Positions 7,614 through 13,400 of a stretch of 13,400 nucleotides of DNA are shown here, piece by piece. Position 1 is the stretch's first letter; the number at the start of each line of letters is the position of its first letter. Source of the stretch: a virus (taxonomy: Duplodnaviria; Heunggongvirae; Uroviricota; Caudoviricetes); IMG/VR virus record IMGVR_UViG_2565956633_000006; one strand, given 5' to 3'. The position numbers and the translations under genes were made by a program. The notes beneath the pieces are model-generated. The model saw only the letters and a program-made list of their open reading frames with translations, made no database searches and had not been told where the DNA came from.

Positions 7614-7787
7614 TCAGATTAAATTAATCTTGACATCATAGCTTTCAAGACCCGTCATTTTTTCCCGTGCGGTAAACTGAATACTGGTAACTTCTTTCCC
7701 GGTCTTTTTCTTAAGTTCAATAATTTTTTTTGTTATATATTCAGAAATATCTGCTTCTGCTTTTGTTTTTAAGTTTTCAATATTCAT
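7614..7787 (-). CDS. gnsB: GnsB-like small protein, 57 aa (MNIENLKTKAEADISEYITKKIIELKKKTGKEVTSIQFTAREKMTGLESYDVKINLI)
   Basis: Absent from the ORF track (under 60 aa); translated by hand from the minus strand. ATG at 7785-7787 with GAGGAA upstream; product resembles GnsA/GnsB. Confidence 0.8.
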   Translation of the reverse strand: MNIENLKTKAEADISEYITKKIIELKKKTGKEVTSIQFTAREKMTGLESYDVKINLI

Positions 7788-7958
7788 CATTTCCTCTTTT
7801 AGTCTGTTATGACTTTCCAGTTACACAGTAAGTCGATTATATGGTGCAAACGTGTAAAAGATAAGATGAAACATCGCAATAATCAACATACGATAGTCTA
7901 AATTTTACACAAACAGACAAAGAAAATTTTCCTGAATTATCAATACAATAGCATCAAA

Positions 7959-8114
7959 TCAACTCAAGAGCCTTATTGCTGCTTCCAGAATTTCTTCTGA
8001 AGTAACATGTCGATCCGCGGCTACATAAATGACTTTATGATCTCCGGTCAGAGATGGAAACCCTGCGGCCATTACAGTAAGGTGTGTTTTTTCGCCATTT
8101 GGATATTCACGCAT
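7959..8114 (-). CDS. ynfN: Small prophage protein YnfN-like (51 aa from ATG 8112-8114); start uncertain
   Basis: ORF track gives 7959..8231 (90 aa, TTG start). In-frame ATGs lie at 8189 and 8114; the 8114 start has GGAG about 11 nt upstream. A strong minus-strand terminator at 8233-8253 sits immediately upstream of the longest form. Confidence 0.5.
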   Translation of the reverse strand: MREYPNGEKTHLTVMAAGFPSLTGDHKVIYVAADRHVTSEEILEAAIRLLS

Positions 8115-8232
8115 GATGGTGTTAACTCCAGTCATCGCTGGCACTACCACTGCAGGTTCAGAGTTAAAAAAAACTATGATTTTTTTCATGATGTTACCGT
8201 AGTATGTGAGTATCCATCGAATAGATACCAAG

Positions 8233-8253
8233 CAAAAAAGCTCCCGAAGGAGC
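8233..8253 (-). terminator. Rho-independent terminator (GCTCC-TTCG-GGAGC followed by TTTTTT on the minus strand)
   Basis: Perfect 5-bp GC stem, tetraloop, then six U residues on the minus-strand transcript; about 205 nt downstream of the cspI stop. Confidence 0.6.
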
Positions 8254-8460
8254 CTTCATTTTCACTTTTTTAAATCCAACGACAGACGGCTGGCATTTAA
8301 GTATTGTGAAATATTATCAAATGTAATCATCATTGATTTACAAAAGATACATTTTGCCCCGAAAGGATTCATGTCAGAAACATCAAAAGATGATGTTCTA
8401 TACTGGGAACCATGACAACACGGGCATCTAAAGTGAATATGGTTTGTAATATTGTCTACC

Positions 8461-8673
8461 TCAAAGCGCCACTACATGAACAGCGGCAGGACCTTTAGGT
8501 CCGTTCTCAATACCAAATTCAACTTCCTGATTCTCAGTTAATGTTTTGAAATCGTTGCTCTGAATTGCTGAGAAATGGACAAACACATCTTTGCTGCCAT
8601 CTTTCGGCGTGATGAAACCAAAACCTTTTTCAGGGTTAAACCATTTCACTAAACCAGTCATTTTGTTAGACAT
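8461..8673 (-). CDS. cspI: Cold-shock protein CspI (CspA family), 70 aa
   Basis: [38 protein letters not shown]... with RNP1 (KGFGFI) and RNP2 (VFVHF) motifs; long leader region upstream. Confidence 0.95.
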   Translation of the reverse strand: MSNKMTGLVKWFNPEKGFGFITPKDGSKDVFVHFSAIQSNDFKTLTENQEVEFGIENGPKGPAAVHVVAL

Positions 8674-9037
8674 AATTATTACCTTTTGAAGAAATTAGCC
8701 CTTGGGCAGAATGGTCCGAAAAAAAAATATCAGAGAGAAAAACCAACAAGGAAATCTCAAGAGGTACAAATAATAAAATTATAACAATGACTGCTTCAGA
8801 TAAATTTGTAACAAACCAGAACACCATTAACGCATGATTAACCACCCATAGCAAGGATTACTTTTGTAAAGAAAAACACAGCAATGAAAGAATAGCTTTA
8901 TTTATTAATAATAACGTGTCATTCTGATTAAGACCTTTTATCTTACCCTTAAGATTTCAGGAATTTTGGCTCATGGAAGAGTCCTTTTTATTTAAATTTT
9001 ACATTCCGCGATGTAAATGTTCCGATTTAATATTACC

Positions 9038-10061
<1,024 letters not shown>

Positions 10062-10065
<4 letters not shown>

Positions 10066-10373
10066 ATATATTTATGATGAGGACGCTCGTGCTTATTGGC
10101 AGGATTTTCAATCTTAAAGGAGTACTGATGCTGCAGATAAGACTCAACTTTTTCTGACAATTTTTCTGCTACTTCCAGGAAGACTTGCCGGACGCTCCTT
10201 CTGGCTGCTGCCTCATAAAACTCCAGCGCAGCTCCTTCAACACGGTCCATGGCGACATCCAGGTCAAAAATTTCACCGTCAAAGCGTTCTTTGTCCTGTA
10301 AGGCTACAGTTACCGTAACTTTATTCTCAAAATTACGGACTCCTTTCACAACCAGTTCATAGTCTTGAGTCAT
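10062..10373 (-). CDS. ydfR: Uncharacterised protein inserted between holin and endolysin (DUF1327 family), 103 aa
   Basis: Intact ORF, 4 nt after the holin stop and overlapping the endolysin start (ATGA); acidic, predicted soluble. Confidence 0.8.
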
Positions 10374-10377
10374 TGGA

Positions 10378-10593
10378 TTACTCTCCTCTCGCAGCCTTAC
10401 GCCTGTCTTCTTTAATCTTGAAATAAAGATTTGTCAGATACGTCAGCAGGCCAAAAACCAGGCTACCCAGCACACCGATTGCAGCCCACTGTGACGGAGT
10501 TACTTTATCGAGTAACTGCAATGCCCAGAAACCAGCATTACCCGCCGATGTGCCATAGGCAACACCTGTTGTTAACTTATCCATTGATTTCAT
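10378..10593 (-). CDS. essQ: Class II holin / pinholin (phage 21 S-like), 71 aa with dual-start motif
   Basis: [71 protein letters not shown] resembles S21; Met1-Lys-Ser-Met4 dual start; GAGG SD upstream of the ATG at 10591-10593. The longer track ORF (to 10668) is upstream read-through. Confidence 0.9.
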   Translation of the reverse strand: MKSMDKLTTGVAYGTSAGNAGFWALQLLDKVTPSQWAAIGVLGSLVFGLLTYLTNLYFKIKEDRRKAARGE

Positions 10594-10812
10594 ATCCTCA
10601 CCCCGATGTACACGGATGGTGCAATATGTTTGAAAAGATCGGAGTCTACGGGGTAGTTTTGACAGCACACGTTGTTCTCAACGGCGCTAAAAAAACATAC
10701 ACATTAAAAATGTGGGTAATTATTTTGAAAGAAAGTCATATATAAAATAATAATACGAGAAATGTTTTCATATTTAGTGTACTGTATACGGCCATTTATA
10801 CAGGAAAAGCCT

Positions 10813-10983
10813 ATGTCAGAACGTAAAAACTCAAAATCACGCCGTAATTATCTCGTTAAATGTTCCTGCCCAAACTGCACCCAAGAGTCAGAACACAGTT
10901 TTTCAAGAGTACAAAAAGGTGCCCTTTTGATCTGCCCTCATTGCAACAAAGTATTCCAGACAAATCTTAAAGCTGTAGCCTGA
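10813..10983 (+). CDS. ynfU: Small zinc-ribbon protein, 56 aa (MSERKNSKSRRNYLVKCSCPNCTQESEHSFSRVQKGALLICPHCNKVFQTNLKAVA); possibly ynfU
   Basis: ATG at 10813 with AGGA 7 nt upstream; two Cys pairs (C-x-C-P-x-C and C-P-x2-C) form a putative zinc ribbon; basic N-terminus. Symbol assigned from memory of a Qin small zinc-binding protein, not verified. Confidence 0.5.
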   Translation: MSERKNSKSRRNYLVKCSCPNCTQESEHSFSRVQKGALLICPHCNKVFQTNLKAVA

Positions 10984-11040
10984 TTGATTTTATTAGTAAC
11001 AAGTATTTTTTATATTTTAATAATATATTTAAAGCAGATA

Positions 11041-11065
11041 ATAAAAAACCCGCCTGAGCGGGTTT
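11041..11065 (-). terminator. Rho-independent terminator (AACCCGC-TCAG-GCGGGTT followed by TTTTTTAT on the minus strand); weakly bidirectional
   Basis: 7-bp GC-rich stem with tetraloop and a U-tract on the minus-strand transcript; downstream of cspB and convergent with the zinc-ribbon ORF. Confidence 0.6.
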
Positions 11066-11346
11066 GAGATTGTGGTGCTTTTTGTGGGAGTCATCCACTT
11101 ACGCACTTTGTTTTGCCATGCCAGCAGTTAGCTTCTGCTGTAAAACTATTCATGCAGCAAACCTGCACTTCACCACAATGGTTAGCATACTTTTCCTGAT
11201 TAAGATTTTGCCAAATATGCTAGCCATTGTTTCATGTATTGGACCTCCTTACTTTTTATTAAAGAGATCCAATATTCACTACTCTGTCCGTATCTCTACT
11301 CAGGCATCAGCCTTCTTCGTTATCGTATACAGACGAGCGATGAATT

Positions 11347-11562
11347 TTAATCAGTAATGATGACATTTGCTGCTGCAGGACCTTTAGCACCACTCTCTAT
11401 AGAGAAGGTAACCTTTTGACCTTCAAATAAGGTTCGATAATTATCATTCTGAATCGCAGAAAAATGCACAAACACATCTTTACTACCATCAACAGGAGAA
11501 ATAAAGCCGAAACCTTTATCAGCGTTAAACCATTTTACTAAACCAGTCATTTTATTTGACAT
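11347..11562 (-). CDS. cspB: Cold-shock protein CspB (CspA family), 71 aa
   Basis: [38 protein letters not shown]...; AAGGA SD 7 nt upstream of the ATG at 11560-11562. Confidence 0.95.
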   Translation of the reverse strand: MSNKMTGLVKWFNADKGFGFISPVDGSKDVFVHFSAIQNDNYRTLFEGQKVTFSIESGAKGPAAANVIITD

Positions 11563-11862
11563 TCTACATTCCTTAACTTGAGCCTTTCGGCATAAATGGT
11601 TTGCATAACAGAAACGACTTCGTACTTAATTGGAGAGACTCAAAGAAGGAATAAGTGAATAACACCTGAAATGAGAACTGCTTTAGTAAACTACTTCGTA
11701 TATCGTCTGTTCTTCAAACCGACGCAATCATTAACGCATAGTTGAACATATGAAGCAATGTTTATTTTAGACATCCAGCCATCTTCAACCCCATCAAAAA
11801 ACTATAGCTTTCTTCAGGAACGTGTGTATAGTGCGCCAAGTTATCAGTATTAAGGAATTTTT
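11563..11862. promoter_or_regulatory. Divergent cspB/cspF control region (promoters and long 5' leaders)
   Basis: 300-bp AT-rich spacer between divergently oriented csp genes; contains a repeated ACTTCGTA motif (11615-11626 and 11691-11705) in the expected cspB leader. CspA-family genes are known to carry long regulatory 5' UTRs. Confidence 0.5.
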
Positions 11863-12075
11863 TTGTCCCGTAAAATGACAGGAATTGTCAAAACCTTTGA
11901 CGGCAAAAGCGGCAAGGGTCTTATCACCCCATCCGATGGTCGTATCGATGTCCAGCTTCATGTCTCAGCGCTCAATCTCCGCGATGCAGAAGAAATTACC
12001 ACCGGATTACGCGTGGAATTTTGCCGGATAAATGGTCTGCGTGGCCCTTCAGCTGCCAATGTTTACCTTTCATGA
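11863..12075 (+). CDS. cspF: CspA-family paralog CspF, 70 aa, with degenerate nucleic-acid-binding motifs; probable TTG start
   Basis: [38 protein letters not shown]...; start codon at 11863 is TTG with AAGGA 6 nt upstream; RNP1/RNP2 aromatic residues are replaced (KGKGLI, VQLHV). Confidence 0.9.
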
Positions 12076-12361
12076 GCTATATTAAAGCTTTAATTTCAGG
12101 CCCCATCGGATCACACATGGAGAGTTTTTATGAATAACCCCGTCTGTCTTGATGACTGGTTGATTGGCTTTAAAAGCTTATGCTGTACTTTGGCCGTAAT
12201 AGCTCTGCTAATAATATAATAAGCAGACTCATTGTGTTTAGGGACATTGTACTGGAAGAAAACATTTTAAACATCAGGCAAATAACCAAGTCACCAGCTA
12301 AATAATAAGTTAACAGACATGAGTCCCGGGATGAGATTCAACATTACCATTGCCCCATTTA

Positions 12362-12400
12362 AAGCACAAAACCCGCTCATCAGCGGGTTTTCTACTTTTT
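12362..12400. terminator. Bidirectional rho-independent terminator (AAACCCGCT-CATC-AGCGGGTTT with T-rich flanks on both strands); candidate tR'
   Basis: 9-bp stem; the plus strand continues TCTACTTTTT and the minus-strand transcript continues TTTTGTGCTTT. Confidence 0.6.
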
Positions 12401-12436
12401 CTTAACGTCGGGTATACAAAGCCCATCGTTGAAAAA

Positions 12437-12465
12437 ATTTTATCCATATTTTTTGAAAAATGCAA
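12437..12465 (-). promoter_or_regulatory. Candidate sigma70 late promoter (pR'-like): -35 TTGCAT, 17-bp spacer, -10 TAAAAT, on the minus strand
   Basis: Hexamers read from the minus strand just downstream of the quuQ stop; a terminator hairpin lies about 40-60 nt downstream, as in lambdoid pR'/tR' units. Confidence 0.35.
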
Positions 12466-12496
12466 ACATCATGTCGCCATCTTCAGCAAAAATCAT

Positions 12497-13249
12497 TTAT
12501 CTCGTCACCTTCCTCAATTGCGCTTCCGCGTATGCTTCTTCCTGCCAGCACTTTGTTACCAGTTTACCAATGACGTCCGCATACCCCTTATACCACTGAT
12601 AATCGGTCAGGTCTGGTACCAGCTTCTGGACATGACGTCGTGCCAGCGTGGTCGGTAAACGACTAAACCGGTTTCCATTACAACGCCCACAAATCTTATA
12701 TACCGGTACGCCATGAAACCGGGTTCTTTTTTCATCCAGAACAATCCCTTTACCCTTACACCCTCTGCACGCTGTGCTGGCTTCGCCCTTACCATGGCAA
12801 TGCTGACATAGTTCCTTCACCCATTCTTCCTTGATTACAGATTCCCCGCGTCTGTAGTGTTTCACCACTTCGCGCAATACATTATAAAATCCCGTACCTG
12901 AACAATGCTCACAGCGAGCCTTACTTGCCGCAGACCTGGAGTAATCAGCAAAGGCAAAACTCACGAGGTAAGGAATAATCTGTAACCGGATTTCTTCACT
13001 CAATTTGTTCAATGTCGGGTTATCCAGTGCCATCGCGTAATTTAGCAGGCCTTCAATCGCAAACTGAGGGTCCTGAACACCAACTTTTGCCAGAAATAAG
13101 GCCAACCCAAGTGGTGCTTTCGACTGCACCATCCCCTGCGCTGCCATTACATCCGTAATTGTTAAACAACCGGTGCCTGTCGCTGGAGCGTCATCGCTCA
13201 ATTTTGGAGATTTTGGGGAGTAATATTTTGGTAAGGCTTCAAGGTTCAT
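12497..13249 (-). CDS. quuQ: Late-gene antiterminator Q-like protein, 250 aa
   Basis: Cys-rich zinc-binding region (CEHCSGTG...CQHCHGKG...CRGCKGKG...CGRCNG) typical of phage Q antiterminators; ATG at 13247-13249 has GGAG 7 nt upstream. The track start at 13279 is TTG with no SD. Confidence 0.9.
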   Translation of the reverse strand: MNLEALPKYYSPKSPKLSDDAPATGTGCLTITDVMAAQGMVQSKAPLGLALFLAKVGVQDPQFAIEGLLNYAMALDNPTLNKLSEEIRLQIIPYLVSFAFADYSRSAASKARCEHCSGTGFYNVLREVVKHYRRGESVIKEEWVKELCQHCHGKGEASTACRGCKGKGIVLDEKRTRFHGVPVYKICGRCNGNRFSRLPTTLARRHVQKLVPDLTDYQWYKGYADVIGKLVTKCWQEEAYAEAQLRKVTR

Positions 13250-13262
13250 GCTCGTTCTCCAC

Positions 13263-13400
13263 TTACGCCAGTACGCCAATTGCCAGCGCGCGATCGATAA
13301 AACGAAATATCAGCTCCAGTTGGGAGCCATACTTATCTTCAAATGCCACTGTATCCGTATGCAGCTCGTTGTGATGCTTTCTGCACAAAGGCAACACAAA
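13263..13400 (-). CDS. ydfU: 3' end of a ydfU-like prophage gene (partial; 5' end beyond window)
   Basis: Open minus-strand frame to the window edge ending ...FVLPLCRKHHNELHTDTVAFEDKYGSQLELIFRFIDRALAIGVLA with stop at 13263-13265, 13 nt upstream of the quuQ start. The C-x2-HH-x3-H pattern is HNH-like. Confidence 0.6.
   Translation of the reverse strand, partial: FVLPLCRKHHNELHTDTVAFEDKYGSQLELIFRFIDRALAIGVLA

Noticed and set aside
8007-8415. Plus-strand ORFs 8007..8273 and 8206..8415
   Set aside because: Antisense to ynfN and spanning the strong hairpin terminator at 8233-8253; no SD.
8666-8854. Minus-strand ORF upstream of cspI
   Set aside because: Lies in the expected long 5' leader and promoter region of a CspA-family gene.
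10431-10745. Plus-strand ORF antisense to the holin
   Set aside because: No SD or motifs; the holin frame is strongly supported.
11064-11357. Plus-strand 97-aa ORF downstream of cspB
   Set aside because: Starts inside the terminator hairpin, has no SD, and lies in the cspB 3' region; not convincing as a gene.
12350-12795. ORFs 12350..12658 (+) and 12607..12795 (-)
   Set aside because: The first spans the terminator and is antisense to quuQ; the second is an alternative frame within quuQ.
13159-13374. Plus-strand ORF across the quuQ start and the ydfU-like 3' end
   Set aside because: Antisense to two supported genes.

Overview
The window reads as one end of a defective lambdoid prophage closely resembling Qin of E. 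coli K-12, inserted into an MFS transporter gene (prophage/host junction near 1285). Identifications rest on reading the supplied translations and the DNA by eye against remembered lambda and K-12 proteins; no database search was run. Left to right: a truncated MFS transporter gene (1..1284, -); an AT-rich spacer with a possible 37-aa hydrophobic ORF; ydfK; the serine invertase pinQ; a tail-fibre module (tfaQ plus a C-terminal stfQ remnant); a heavily deleted head/packaging region (FII remnant, FI, C-terminal major capsid remnant, Nu1-like nohA) ending at an apparently intact lambda-type cos site; an RHH/DUF1398 gene pair (ynfO, ydfO); small cold-shock-associated genes (gnsB, ynfN, cspI); a phage-21-type lysis cassette (essQ, ydfR, rrrQ, rzpQ with embedded rzoQ); a small zinc-ribbon ORF; divergent cspB and cspF; a Q-type antiterminator (quuQ) with a candidate late promoter and terminator downstream; and the 3' end of a ydfU-like gene. 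No tRNA, rRNA or CRISPR array was seen. I found no clear novel defence system. The best candidates for follow-up are the 37-aa ORF, the RHH/DUF1398 pair beside cos, ydfR inside the lysis cassette, the zinc-ribbon ORF, the orphan invertase, and the intact cos site in a prophage lacking terminase large subunit and structural genes.
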